In this document: positions 25,869 to 38,041 of the stretch, piece by piece | Position numbering within the stretch: the first letter of the stretch is position 1 | Layout: the number at the start of each line of letters is the position of its first letter | DNA from: Rhynchopus sp. YZ270_cl-10 | Taxonomy: Eukaryota | Assembly: GCA_964035575.1 (NCBI GenBank) | Contig: OZ037843.1 | Location: 620,001 to 684,000, forward strand | Direction of reading: 5' to 3' | Length of the DNA stretch: 64,000 bases | Notes under the pieces: generated by a model | The model's database searches: none | Seen by the model: the letters and a program-made list of their open reading frames with translations, nothing else | What the model was told of the DNA's origin: nothing | Program-made: the position numbers and the translations under genes

Positions 25869-25982
25869 TTTGACTCTGACCCTACTGCAAAAAGCGTACT
25901 CCTTCTATTTGCTCTCTTTTTAAGGATCCTGTGAAAGAAAAACCGTGGCTGCCTATCTATAGCAGTCTTTAATCAAACAAAA
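25869..25982 (+). mobile_element. Short retroposon copy (A-rich tail, 13-bp TSD)
   Basis: Core ACTGCAAAGCGTACTCCTTCTATTTGCTCTC…GTGGCTGCCTATC…AATCAAACAAAA. TSD TTTGTTGTACACA at 25075-25087 and 25983-25995, with the hAT MITE nested at the 5' junction. Confidence 0.8.
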
Positions 25983-26626
25983 TTTGTTGTACACATTTTT
26001 TTTCGATCAAATAATAATAATAATGTTGGTGCTTTCGGAAGTCGGTCAACGACCTGTTAGCGACCTGTCAATATTGACCCCTCCCGGAGCACCAAATGAG
26101 GGTGTGGGTTTGAAAATCATGAGGGGGGATAGTTCCTCATGCATGAGAGTAAAATTCACAGTGGGAAGGGGGAGCACAATGGTGAAGTAAAAATGAAGTA
26201 AAATAAACTTCTGATTTTATTTGTGTGTGTTTCACCGTTGGCTGACGGCAAAGCCACCCCTCAGTTCAGAGGCAGAAGTGAATTAGGGCGTGAGAGAGAG
26301 AGAGTGTTTGCATGTCATGTGAAACCGCGTTCTGCACAATTTCCGCACTGTAAAATTTCGCTGTTTGGTGTGACTGTGTGTGTCGTGGTCAGGGTGGGTG
26401 GGAAGGGAGGGGATAAATACACATAGAAAAAAAAAAAAACAACAACACAGCACCTTTTGTTTTAACTAGCTCTTTGAAATAGCAGCCTCTGATAACCCTC
26501 CCCTTTCCCCCTCTCGAAACTAACTAAACAACTATTTAGCACCCCGATTTTTTTACCCCTTTTTTATATCAATCACCCCCTGCCTTCTCCCCCTCTCCCT
26601 TACCCTTTCCCCTCTGCGTTTTTTCT

Positions 26627-26755
26627 CAGATGCGAACCACGAAATGTATGTAGGACTACATGGTTGGGGGTTCACCCACGGTCCACCCCGGTCATTTGTA
26701 CCAAAAGGTACACTGTTCACGAGAGGGCTTTTTGTATTTTTAAGTAAAACTTTTC
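26627..26755 (+). promoter_or_regulatory. Conserved upstream cassette, copy B, before the cyclase-like gene
   Basis: Full-length match to the cassette consensus. Confidence 0.6.
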
Positions 26756-26955
26756 TTTTGTTCCGAAGCACCTCTCCTCCCAGACCATCCCAGCCCAAAC
26801 CCTCATGAGCATATACGAAGTATGTACACACCGTTTCCCCCCCCCCCCGCACAAAACACACCAAAGTCTGCCTTCTGTGTCATGCTTTCTAACAAAACAC
26901 TCCAACCCCTCACAAATGAAGGCACAAAACACATCTTTGCACACCACGGTGCACA

Positions 26956-28673
26956 ATGGGCTGTCTCGAGCGTGCACTGTCGCTTGACGGGACACTGGAC
27001 ACGCAGAGTAGACATCTGCGAAAGATGTACTTCATCTTCAGCTGTGTGATCTTTGCAGCCACGTCTCTGTCCCTTCTGTATCAGATGTTCGCCTTCCGTG
27101 GGAGGTACCTCTACTTTTGGGCTTTGATGTCTCTGTTTCTGTGCAACCTTTACTCGATGGTGATCATTCTGTGCAAGCGCACGCTCACCACGGCTTCGTT
27201 GTGAGCACGTGCAGTGTGGGCACTCTTGGAGTGCTGTGCATGGACCTGAGTGGCCGTTCCCTCTACTTTTTCTCGTGGCCAATGATGGTGCTTGTGGTGG
27301 ACTTTCTCTTGGTGATGCAGGTGCCCACACGGTACAGTACAATTGTCGTGGTGTGCACGCTGGTGTATTTGGTCATCATCACTGCAGAAGAAATGTGGAG
27401 GTTTGGTCTGTTCGACATGCCCGGGCTTGTGACCCAGGAGGACCGTCGTTCCCGTGTGGATAGTATGAGTGACTGTGATGCGCTGCCCTGCAAAAATAGC
27501 ACAGCTATGGGCCACTTCGTAGTTGCAGCTGTCGTCTTTGTTCTTGACTTCCTCGCAACGCGTGGCTTTGCACGTGGTCTCCTGAAGGAGCAGGCATCAA
27601 TGCAGCGCACAATCGCAACAGTGCAGGACATCGCCTCGCTCCTTGCTGGCTACGACGTGGAGAAGGTGGCGGAGCTGTTGGAGGAGCACGGTGGTGAGCT
27701 GCCTGAGGGGATGACGACTGCACTGCGGAAGTTGGAGCAGAACCTGCGTGTGTACAAGGCGTACCTCCCGCAGACGTGTCTGCCGTTTGGTCAGGAGAAG
27801 GTATTCTGTGTGGAACCTGGTGGTGAGCAGGATGGTAGTGGTAGTGACTATCAGAGCACAGTGTCATTGTCAGCATCGAGCACGTCTGCTCCAGCACGAC
27901 GCACTTCCTTCTGTGCACAGCCAATACTGCTCTCGTCCGTAAATGTAACACTGCTGACACTGAACATCAAAGACACCCTGCACCGCCTGGAGGAGGACAG
28001 TGCACGCTTCTCCGACATCTTCACAACTGTTCTTCTGAAGACCCTGCAGGCAACAGACAGCAGACGTGGGATGGTGGACGTCTTTGTTGGTGACAGGATC
28101 CACTGCTCGTTCAACGCGTCGAAGCAGTGTGCGTCGCACGCAACCTCAGCACTGCACGCAGCAAGCATGCTCATGAGAGCTGGCCTGGCAGCCTCTGTGA
28201 ACGTGGGTGTTGCAATGGGGACAGTGTTGCGTGGTGACATGGGCTGCGAGGTGATGCGCCGCTTCAGCATGGTGGGGACACTTGTGCGTGACGTGCACGG
28301 GATGGAACGTGCAGGACGTATGCTGGGGTGCGACGTTGTCTGCAACCGTCTTTGCTTCAGCGACGCTGAGTGCGAACACGACCTGCGTTTGCTTCCGTGC
28401 AAGGTGGAGGTTGCACGAGACTGCGAGGCACAGGTTGTGGCTGAGCTGGTTTCGAAAGAAGAAGAAACCTCAACTGCAACAGACGAGTGGATGTACCAGA
28501 TCGGTAAAGAGAAGCACTGGGATTTGTACAACACAGTGGTGCGTGGGTACCTGCGTGGTGAGAGCCGTGCCACGGACGTTGCGAAGGCGTGGGTGGAGGC
28601 GGGTGGGAGTGGCACACCAGCACACGCAGTTCCTTCCGGGACGTGCAGTGTTGTGTGTTCCTATCTTCGGTGA
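26956..28673 (+). CDS. Multi-TM protein with a degenerate class III nucleotide-cyclase domain; one frameshift near 27191 (pseudogene or sequence error)
   Basis: ORF 26956-27204 continues into ORF 27117-28673 at ACC.AC.GGC.TTC. TM helices are followed by VFVGDRIHCSFN and VGVAMGTVLRGDMG cyclase-fold motifs. Confidence 0.75.
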
Positions 28674-28924
28674 TTTTCTAGCTCCGGTAAGAACGTTCCG
28701 TCTGCTGTACGGGAGGGTTTTTTGTTTTAAATTGGCAGAGCCACTCTTTCATGTTTCGAGGAACTCTCGGGGGGTGTAGAATGAAGCTGACATTTCCGTA
28801 AGAAAAAAGAACAAGAAAAAAACAGGAGTATTTTTCTTCCCCCCGAAGTCCCAAATCTCAATCCGTTTATAAATAAATACCTGAAAATAGTTAAATTTGC
28901 CCATTTTTTTTCTTCTTCTTTTCA

Positions 28925-29037
28925 GAGATGCAAATCACAAAATGGATGTTGAACTGCAATGTTGGGGTCTACCCAGGTGCACCAGTCATCCAAGTCACAC
29001 TGTCACGAGAGGGCTTTTGTATTGCAAGTCAACTTTT
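28925..29037 (+). promoter_or_regulatory. Conserved upstream cassette, copy C, before TMEM43-like 1
   Basis: Diverged full-length match ending CACGAGAGGGCTTTTGTATTGCAAGTCAACTTTT, 50 bp before the ATG. Confidence 0.6.
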
Positions 29038-29086
29038 CCTTTTTTATAAATTGAATTTCACCTCCTTTTCCAGAAACATTTATTCA

Positions 29087-30956
29087 ATGGGCAAAGGCAA
29101 CATGGAGATGCTTGGGTATTCCCGCAACTACGCGACGCACAGCTGGGCCGAACGTATGAGCCAGGCCATCTGCGGGGTGTGCTTCGGTATTATCCTTTTC
29201 ATTGGCTCTTTGGTGCTTCTTGGGTGGAACGAGAAACGCGCTGTCTACACCGCACAGACGATTGACTATGCGCGCGACAAATACGTGCAGGCAGACTCTT
29301 GCTCGCCTTCTGCTGTCAACGACGGCAAGCTGGTCGCGATTCAGGGCTGTGGGGCGGCACCTGAGGATGGCTACAACGTGACTGAAGTTGACTACCTTGA
29401 GGGAATGTTTTACAGCGAGACAAGCCCTCTCACAGTGGACCCTCCACAGGTGTTCAGCTGGTCCCGTCGGGTTGCTGAATACGTTTACATCGAGACGTCG
29501 CACCAAACAACGCAAAACGGCAAAACACGCACCACGTACACCTACACCGAGGATTGGCGCACGTCGCCACCGTCGTTCTCATCGGGTACCTACCCGCAGA
29601 CAGGAAGCTTCCCGACGGGGTGGACACAGAGAAGCGAGATGACGGCAACGATCTGCATTGGGGATGACCCTTCTTCGTGCACGGATGGGAAGCAGGACTC
29701 CTTTGTGTTCACGAACACAAACACCTTTCAGAACTCGCTGATGAAGAAGGTGGGGTACAGCCAGCCGCTTGCCGTGAGCGCCTCTGCGGACATTCTTTTC
29801 AACGCAGTTACGCTTGCGCCAACTAGCGCACGCTACTGTCCACCGAACTACCTGCAGACAAGGCGTCAAGGCGCCAGTGCATCGTGCTCGAACATTCGGA
29901 CCGCCCTTGGGTCAAGCTATGGGGACTTCCAGGTCAGCTGGAACACCCGCGCGAATGTCGCAGGGTACTCAGTGTCCGTGCTTGCAGAGCAGGTGACCGT
30001 TGGAGGTGTGACAACGTTCCAGGCATGGCAGAACCCGGACCACGTATGTTTCCAGTTTTTTTTTTTTCTCTCTCCAAGTTATTATGTCGACCCCCATTTA
30101 TTGCAAGCTTCGCAGGTGTCAGTTGAGGTGCCTGCATCAATAGCTACAGTGTATTTCATACCAAAGTTCTGCGCTGGACGTTAAGTTGCCTCTGGTGTCT
30201 CCAGAATGGCAAAGCCACTCCCAAATGGAGAATCGGCCCTACAGATATCACAGATATCTGGCTTTCCTCGTGGAGCTTACCACAGCACCAAGAAGCGAGG
30301 AAAGTCCCCAAGTAAATGTCAACATAAAGCCGCCATATGCTCCCACACTTTCCCTCACCCACCTTCTCCCTGCACAGAGCGACTGTTCGTACTGCACTAT
30401 CGGAGAGCTTGAGAGTGGCTCCGTCTCTGGCGACCAGATCCTTGACGACCTTGAGAGCGAGAACAAAGCACTGACCTGGGTCCTCCGCTTCGTCGGATGG
30501 CTTGTCTGCTGGTTCGGCCTGCAGCTCTGCGTCGGCCCTATTGCGATCGCCCCTGAGATCATCCCTTTCGTGGGTGGAATTATCGGCGGAATTGTTGGCG
30601 CAATCCTTTGCGCCGTGACCTGCGTTGTTGCGACCTCGGTTTCCATGCTGGTCATTGCCATTGCTTGGCTTGCGTACCGCCCTGCAGTGGGCATCCCTCT
30701 GCTGATTGTTTTCTTCGCAGGGTCCACTGGCGCCTTCTTCCTCATCAAAAAACACAGGAAAACGAAGCAGAAGAACAACGCACACCAACCTCTCTCTGAC
30801 GGTGCCGCACCCCCATCGTACAACCAGGGGGGCTACCCACAGCAGCAGCAGCAGGCATACCCGGCACCGGTTCAGCCATTATACCCACAACAGCAGGTCC
30901 CCGTGGGTTACCCACCTCAGCAACAGGCGGCAGGCTACCCTCCGGCAGGGTACTGA
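29087..30956 (+). CDS. TMEM43/DUF1625-family membrane protein, paralogue 1 (2 exons)
   Basis: SWAERMSQAICGVCFGIILF…LLGWNEKRAV at the N-terminus; ENKALTWVLRFVGW and IAIAWLAYRP at the C-terminus; P/Q/G/Y tail. Exons 29087-30043 and 30378-30956. Confidence 0.88.
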
Positions 30957-31324
30957 GAACGTTGGATGTAAAGAGGAGGAGGAGGAGGTAAAGGAATAGC
31001 CATTTTGTTTGTTTCAATCTCGAGTTTTTTTTTTTGTTTTTTTTTTTTAAACTTTGAGATCTGCACCAGGCTGTTTTTGTTGCTTTGTTTTTGTGGCTTT
31101 TTTGTTTTGTTTGGTTTTGATTTGACACAGACCAGGCGCAGGGCACTTTGTTGCCGTCTCTGACTCCCTGAATGGAGCAGGGTTCCGGAGCTCCAGGGAC
31201 GGCTGCCCTTCACCTTCTTCTTTGTCACAACCGTAATTTCTGTTAGCTGGCATTGGGGGTGGTGCGACTCATCCGTCGTGTCGTCTTTTTAGTAAATAAA
31301 AAAGCCCCCTACTGTTTCACCTGA

Positions 31325-31425
31325 GCATGCCCCGAAGGCGAATACGTATTCGCCCTATATTCGGATTCGCATATCGTATTCGGATCCGAATATAGGACGA
31401 ATACGAAGTCACCTTCGGGGTATGC
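31325..31425. repeat. About 100-bp palindromic mini-element
   Basis: GCATGCCCCGAAGG … CCTTCGGGGTATGC with internal TATTCG/CGAATA symmetry. A relative is at 61949-62031. Confidence 0.75.
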
Positions 31426-31517
31426 CTAGGGGCACCTGTCCGTATTGGTCAGATGCCTTGTTTGTTTGAATTGCTTGTTTTTTTAATGTTTTGAAAGAAT
31501 ATAGAAATGATTCTTCA

Positions 31518-34471
31518 GGAGGGTGTCTAAAAAGGTCAAAAACGGAAAAAATGGAAAAAAAGGTGAAAAAAATTGGGGTGTTTTTGACCAAAAAAAGAGT
31601 GAGGGGAGTTGGGTCCAGTCATAGGGGAGTATAGCAATTTTTAAAAAATTCTACCAAAAATGCACAGCATTTTTCAAGCACATTGGCAGATTTTCGCTTT
31701 TTTATAAAAAATTGAGGAACCGAAATATCCCACTGTAGCTGTCTTCGAAAACGGCCTCTGAGGTCGGAGCCCAAAATGGGCCCGTTCCTCCTGCGGGAAG
31801 TAGTGCGCACACTGTACATATCTCCGAAGATGAACGGTTTCGGCTCGCAGAAACAAACTCAAATTACTTGCAGCTTGCGAGTCTCCGTGTTCTTGAAGGG
31901 TGGGGCGTAGAGGGAGAAGGCAGCGATCACATTGAAGTCGTCCATTAAGGATTCAATATTTCCCGGAGGTCTGACTTCGCATACTGCCATCCAATGCCAT
32001 CGCTTTGGGAGAGTGACTTGCCTTGCGTCATCGGATGACTCCAGAGCTTGCGCAAACTTTAAGGTTTCGGGACCGCTTGTGAAAAATAGGGCTCTGGTGC
32101 ATGTTGAGGAAGAGGGGAGCCGGTCATCTCCGGAAGCGGTGTTGCTTTGTGAAGCCTCGTATGCTTCCCCCGCTGACCAGCTGTGAAACTACCTCAATCG
32201 CGTGGTTCGTGATCGCTGTGATTGCTCCTTCGTGTCTGAGGAGTATTGGAGCACCCTCCGCTTGATGGCAGACGGCCTGACGCAGACGCTTGGGGATCAC
32301 ACACCCTCGGTGCTACAGGATCTTGAGGGTTTGGCGCACTGTTGGCTGCGTGCTCGGTGGATCACAAGAAGAGGTTGAAGCTTGTAGACACCAGCACCGG
32401 CACGAGTCAAGTCACAAGGAGCTTAGGAGAACTGACGTGCGGTGGGGAAGGTTCCCTCCGACCGTCCGGACTTGGCGGTCTGCACCCCCATCCTCGTCAA
32501 GAATTGGCCAGAGCACATGGCAACCAGAGCAGTGACCGATCCGACGGTCGCACGTGAGCGTCGCTCCTCCGGAAGCTGGTAGTGGCCCAAGTCCACACGG
32601 ACTAGAAGCCGCCGATGAGCAGGAAACTGCAGGAGCGCATGCCACAAGGGCTAACGAAACCATGGTAATGGGCCTATGTGGGGTTACAGGCGTGTATATG
32701 GTGTAACCACAGATGCTCAAAACACCCGATTTTTACGTTTTTTTGCATTTTTCGGTGCCCCAAGACCCACCCCAGGGGTCTAAAAAATTTTCGGAAAAAA
32801 AAATTTTTTTTCCAGATTTTGCTAAGGTAAAATGTGACTGTGAAAACGATCCTCAAAATAGAGGATCCTCAAAATTCCCGTTTTTCCCTTTTTTCCCCTT
32901 TCCCCTTAGTCATTTTTCCCGTTGCCTTGTCGAAAAAAAAAATTTTGGGTCAAAAAAAAAAAGTGAAAATTTTTCACAAATTTCGATCCTCCGACCACCC
33001 ACAGGTGACGAAAACTCGGTTTTCGTGAAAAAAAAAATTTTTTTTTTTGGGTCAAACAGCGCCTTGCCTATAGTATAGCCTTGTACAGAGACGTGTATAT
33101 GGTGTAACCACAGATGCTCAAAACACCCGATTTTTGCATTTTTTTGCATTTTTCGGTGCCCCCAGACCCACCCCAGGGGGCCAAAAATTTTTCGAAAAAA
33201 AAAAATTTTTTTTCAGATTTTGCTAAGGTAAAATGTGACTGTGAAAAATGATCCTCAAAATAGGGGATCCTCCAAATTCCCGTTTTTCCCTTTTTTCCCT
33301 TTTCCCCTTAGTCATTTTTCCCGTTGCCTTGTCGAAAAAAAAATTTTTGGGTCAAAAAAAAAAAGTGAAAATTTTTCACAAATTTCGATCCTCCGACCAC
33401 CCACAGGTGACGAAAACTCGGTTTTCGTGAAAAAAAAAATTTATTGCATTGGTGAAAATTTATCGTACTCCTTTATGTACCCTCCACCACCACTTTATCC
33501 AACTCTGGGCACTTTATCCCACCCTATAAAGTGATTTCCCACCCTATAAAGTGATTTCCCACCCTATAAAGTGGTTTTTTCACCCTATAAAGTGATTTTT
33601 TCACCCTATAAAGTTGAAAATTTTTTTTTTCGCAAAGACATTTTTCAGCCGAAAAAAAAATTTTTTTTTGGGCTCAGATGGGCCCAAAAATGCAAAAAAA
33701 GCAAGAATTTTGATGTTTTGAGCATCACATATTTATTCCCCGGTCATTTTCTGAACAAAGCCCACCCTGTACATTTTGTATGGGCCAGCGCCTTGTCAAA
33801 AAATTTCAACAAAAAAAATTTTTTTTTTCGTGAAATTTTTGGCCCCTGAGTGGGTCTTTGGGCCCAAAAAATGCAAAAAAAACTTGAAAAAAATCGACAA
33901 GTTAAAATTTCAACCAATACACCCTGTTTTTGACCATAAAATGAAAGAATCCACCCCATAAAGTAAAATTCCACCCCATAAAGCCACTTTATTTAACTCC
34001 AAAAATCAGGAGTACTCAAAATTATCACCATATGCAATAAAACTACCTTATCAACGCCAATATGGGCCATTTTTTCACTCTCGAATCGGTTCGTGCCCCT
34101 CTCGTGCCCTTCGGGCACTCGAGGAGCACTCACCGATTCTCGAGTGAAATAATGACCCATTATTTGTTGTTAATAAATAGCTATTTTTTTTTGGGTCAAA
34201 CAGCGCCTTGCCTATAGTATAGCCTTGTACAGAGACGTGTATATGGTGTAACCACAGATGCTCAAAACACCCGATTTTTGCATTTTTTTGCATTTTTCGG
34301 TGCCCCCAGACCCACCCCAGGGGGCCAAAAATTTTTCGAAAAAAAAAATTTTTTTTTCACCTGAAAATTGACTTGTCAAAAAAAAAAAAATTTTTTTTTT
34401 GGAAAAAAAAATGGCAAAGACAAAGGGAAAAACGGGAGAAAAGGGAAAAACGGGAAATTTGAACACCCTCC
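31518..34471. mobile_element. 2.95-kb non-autonomous DNA transposon with 3-bp TSD (PIF/Harbinger-like)
   Basis: TIR GGAGGGTGT / ACACCCTCC with TSD TCA. The empty site is seen in the paralogous flank at about 38150-38180. Contains roughly 400-bp repeated units starting near 32691, 33092 and 34236. Confidence 0.85.
33441..34040. mobile_element. Nested MITE
   Basis: About 32-bp imperfect TIRs (TTATTGCAT…GTACTCCT / AGGAGTAC…ATGCAATAA) and internal ACCCTATAAAGTGATTT tandem repeats. Confidence 0.75.
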
Positions 34472-36112
34472 TCAGGAAAAATATAAATATTTCTCGTTGT
34501 TTCTTTTATTTGCTTTACTACAATATCCTGAAGTGAGTTTCTATGTTTTCTTGAATGTCTGCAAGTGAAGCACATTCATCTTTCAAGTTTTTTTTCTTCT
34601 TCTTATTTTTGTTTTTGTTTTGCTTATTTTGGCAGCGCCGCCGACAAGATTTTGAGTTTTTAAAAAAGTTCTGTTGATGGTTCCAAAAAATATTTCTCGC
34701 TTCACGCGAAAACCCCTACAAAGCTCCTTCTCGTGGCCTCCGGCGGAGAGGAGAATAAATAAGTTATGTCACCCAATGGTTGCTGGCGAAGCCACGGTGC
34801 GCAACATTTCAAATATTGCGCTTAAAAGTGCACATTTTTTACAGCCAAACTATGTGACGGGAAGGGTGAAATGCATGCTTGCGCCGCAGGCGCACGGTAC
34901 GCTACTTTTTTCTCCCCTCTGACACCTGATTTTTACTTTTTGGGGACGTTTGAGCACTCACCTCTCCATATCTTCTTCTCTCGAGCTTTTTTGACAATTA
35001 GAACGGGTCTGAACCACTCAACAGAACTTTTTTTTTTCTTTTTTCCTTTTCCCCTTTTTTTTCTTGATCAATCAACGGAAAAACCTTTTTTTTCCCCCTT
35101 TTACTTACCTATCAGAGTTACTATTTTTTTCGTTTTTACATCAAAAAAGTTTTGTTGATGATCAACATAACTTTGTTAGGTGGCGCCCCCGCCCTGTATG
35201 TTGGTAAATGCCTCGTACTGCAAAGCGTACTCCTTCTATTTGCTCTCTTGTGTAGATGAATTGTGGCTGTTATTTTAATAGTAGTCTATAATCAAACAAA
35301 AAGTGTTTTGATCAAAATTTGTCCCGGCGCATTTTTTTATATAAAAACCCAAAAAAGCATAACCTGTTTCAATTCAATAAGTGAGAGTCTGTTTCCTTCT
35401 GGGGGGGGGGGGGGGGGGGTAAGAGGCTAGGGACCCCATCCTCTCAACTCTCGCTGTCGCTCTCTCTACTGTGTCTTCCCGACTGTTTTGCCCTTTAAGG
35501 AGCTCACGCAAGCGTGATGACTCCAGGCTGGGACGAACCCATATAGTCAGGGGTCTTGCTGTGTATAACATTGGCACAAGACCTAGATATGCATCACAAC
35601 CAACCTTCAGGTCAGTGCAATGACTATCATACGGTATAGCTGGCTTGAGGTGAAACCCCAACCAGGCAAGCCCGACATAAGGCCAGCTATTCGTTTCCAT
35701 TTTCCCCTCCACTTCCACCCATACTCCCCTCCGCCCATACGTGATGCAAAAAAAAGGGGAAAAAAAAGTATTTGGTTTTAATCTTTCAACGGAAATAAAC
35801 AGATTTTAGGCAGTTGCCGCTGTTCGTACTGAGGTGTACTGTTTAAACCGCAACAAAGCGTTGCGCGTCTGTACTGTTGGCCAAAATGCCTGACAATGGG
35901 TCTTAGGGGCCACCCTCTAGGCACCTGGGGGACTGGGTTTGTAAGATTCTCGAGAGGTGGGTGGCAGCATGATGCCCACAGCAAACAACCTTACTTCGTC
36001 GAGCTTCAGCTTGCTCCTTGATCCTAAACGCAGCGGGAGGGTGGATCTTGTGGGGGTACTGGTGGACTTAACCTGGAAGGTGGACTGCCAACGTGAACAC
36101 TAGCTGGGGATT

Positions 36113-36170
36113 GGGTCATGTACCAAAGGTACACTGTCACAAGAGGGTTGTTGTATTGCAAGTCAAGTTT
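36113..36170 (+). promoter_or_regulatory. Conserved upstream cassette, copy D (3' half), before TMEM43-like 2
   Basis: GGTCATGTACCAAAGGTACACTGTCACAAGAGGGTTGTTGTATTGCAAGTCAA. Confidence 0.55.
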
Positions 36171-36222
36171 TTTTTTTTTTGTATTAATTTACTTCACCGC
36201 TTTTTCCAGAAACCTTTATTCA

Positions 36223-38041
36223 ATGGGCAAAGGCAACATGGAGATGCTTGGGTATTCCCGCAACTACGAGACGCACAGCTGGGCCGAACGTATGAGCCAG
36301 GCCATCTGCGGGGTGTGCTTCGGTATTATCCTTTTCATTGGCTCTTTGGTGCTTCTTGGGTGGAACGAGAAACGCGCTGTCTACACCGCACAGACGATTG
36401 ACTATGCGCGCGACAAATACGTGCAGGCAGACTCCTGCTCGCCTTCTGCTGTCAACGACGGCAAGCTGGTCGCGATTCAGGGATGTGGGGCGGCACCTGA
36501 GGATGGCTACAACGTGACTGAAGCTAACTACCTTGAGGGAATGTTTTACAGCGAGACAAGCCCTCTCACAGTGGACCCTCCACAGGTGTTCAGCTGGTCC
36601 CGTCGGGTTGCTGAATACGTTTACGTCGAGACGTCGCACACAACAAAGGAAAACGGCAAAACACGCACCACGTACACCTACAGCGAGGATTGGCGCACGT
36701 CGCCACCGTCGTTCTCAGGAGGCACCTACCCGCAGACAGGAAGCTTCCCGACGGGGTGGACACAGAGAAGCGAGATGACGGCAACGATCTGTATTGGGAA
36801 TGACTCTTCTTCGTGCACGGATGGGAAGCAGGACTCCTTTGTGTTCAAGAACACGAACACCTTTCAGAACTCGCTGATGAAGAAGGTGGGGTACAGCCAG
36901 CCGCTTGCCGTGAGCGCCTCTGCGGACATTCTTCTCAACGCAGTGACGCTTGCGCCAGAGACAGCACGCTACTGTCCACCGAACTACCTGCAGACAAGAC
37001 GCAGAGGTGTCGGTGCGTCGTGCTCAAACATTCAGACCGCCCTTGGGTCAAGCTATGGGGACTTCCAGGTCAGCTGGAACACCCGCGCGAACGTCGCAGG
37101 GTACTCAGTGTCCGTGCTTGCAGAGCAGGTGACCGTTGGTGGTGTGACAACGTTCCAGGCATGGCAGAACCCGGACCACGTATGTTTCCAGTTTTTTCTT
37201 CTTTTTTTCAAGTTATATTTATCACATATGCCGACTTCTATTACAAGCTTCACAACTCAGCAAAGTGCGCCGGCTGACAAACGGTTGTTGTACCGCACCG
37301 TTCACACTACGGTACAGGGTAACCCATTAGGTGTCTGCCATATGCTCCCACCTACTTTCCCTCACCCACCTTCTCCCTGCACAGAGCGACTGTTCGTACT
37401 GCACTATCGGAGAGCTTGAGAGTGGCTCCGTCTCTGGCGACCAGATCCTTGACGACCTTGAGAGCGAGAACAAAGCACTGACCTGGGTCCTCCGCTTCGT
37501 CGGCTGGCTTGTCTGCTGGTTCGGCCTGCAGCTCTGCGTCGGCCCTATTGCGATCGCCCCTGAGATCATCCCTTTCGTGGGCGACATTATCGGCGGAATT
37601 GTTGGCGCAATCCTTTGCGCCGTGACCTGCGTCGTTGCGACCTCGGTTTCCATGCTGGTCATTGCCATTGCTTGGCTTGCGTACCGCCCTGCAGTGGGCA
37701 TCCCTCTGCTCATTGTTTTCTTTGCAGGGTCCACTGGCGCCTTCTTCCTCATCAAAAAACACAGGAAAACGAAGCAGAAGAACAACGCACACCAACCTCT
37801 CTCTGACGGTGCCGCACCCCCATCATACAACCAGGGGGGCTACCCACAGCAGCAGCAGGCACCTGCTGGATACCCACCAGCTGGATACCCACAGCAGCAG
37901 CAGCAGCAGGCATACCCGGCACCAGTTCAGCAGCCAGGATACCCACAACAGCAGGTCCCCGTTGGTTACCCACCTCAGCAACAGGCGGCAGGCTACCCTC
38001 CGGCAGGGTACCCAGCACCTGGTCAGCCTACCCCGATGTGA
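36223..38041 (+). CDS. TMEM43/DUF1625-family membrane protein, paralogue 2 (2 exons)
   Basis: Near-identical to 29087-30956. Exons 36223-37179 and 37385-38041; longer P/Q/G/Y tail. Confidence 0.88.

Noticed and set aside
26627..26755. Upstream cassette as a coding leader peptide or as a spliced-leader RNA gene
   Set aside because: Indels between copies break any frame. Similarity to the diplonemid SL as I remember it is limited to about AACCA-CGA, too weak to call.
26805..26822. MSIYE micro-exon as the start of the cyclase-like gene
   Set aside because: A GTATG donor is present, but I found no convincing acceptor that puts it in frame with the ATG at 26956.
35207..35217. AAATGCCTCGT resembling the 28S R2 target region
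   Set aside because: Only 11 nt with no flanking rRNA; compatible with chance.
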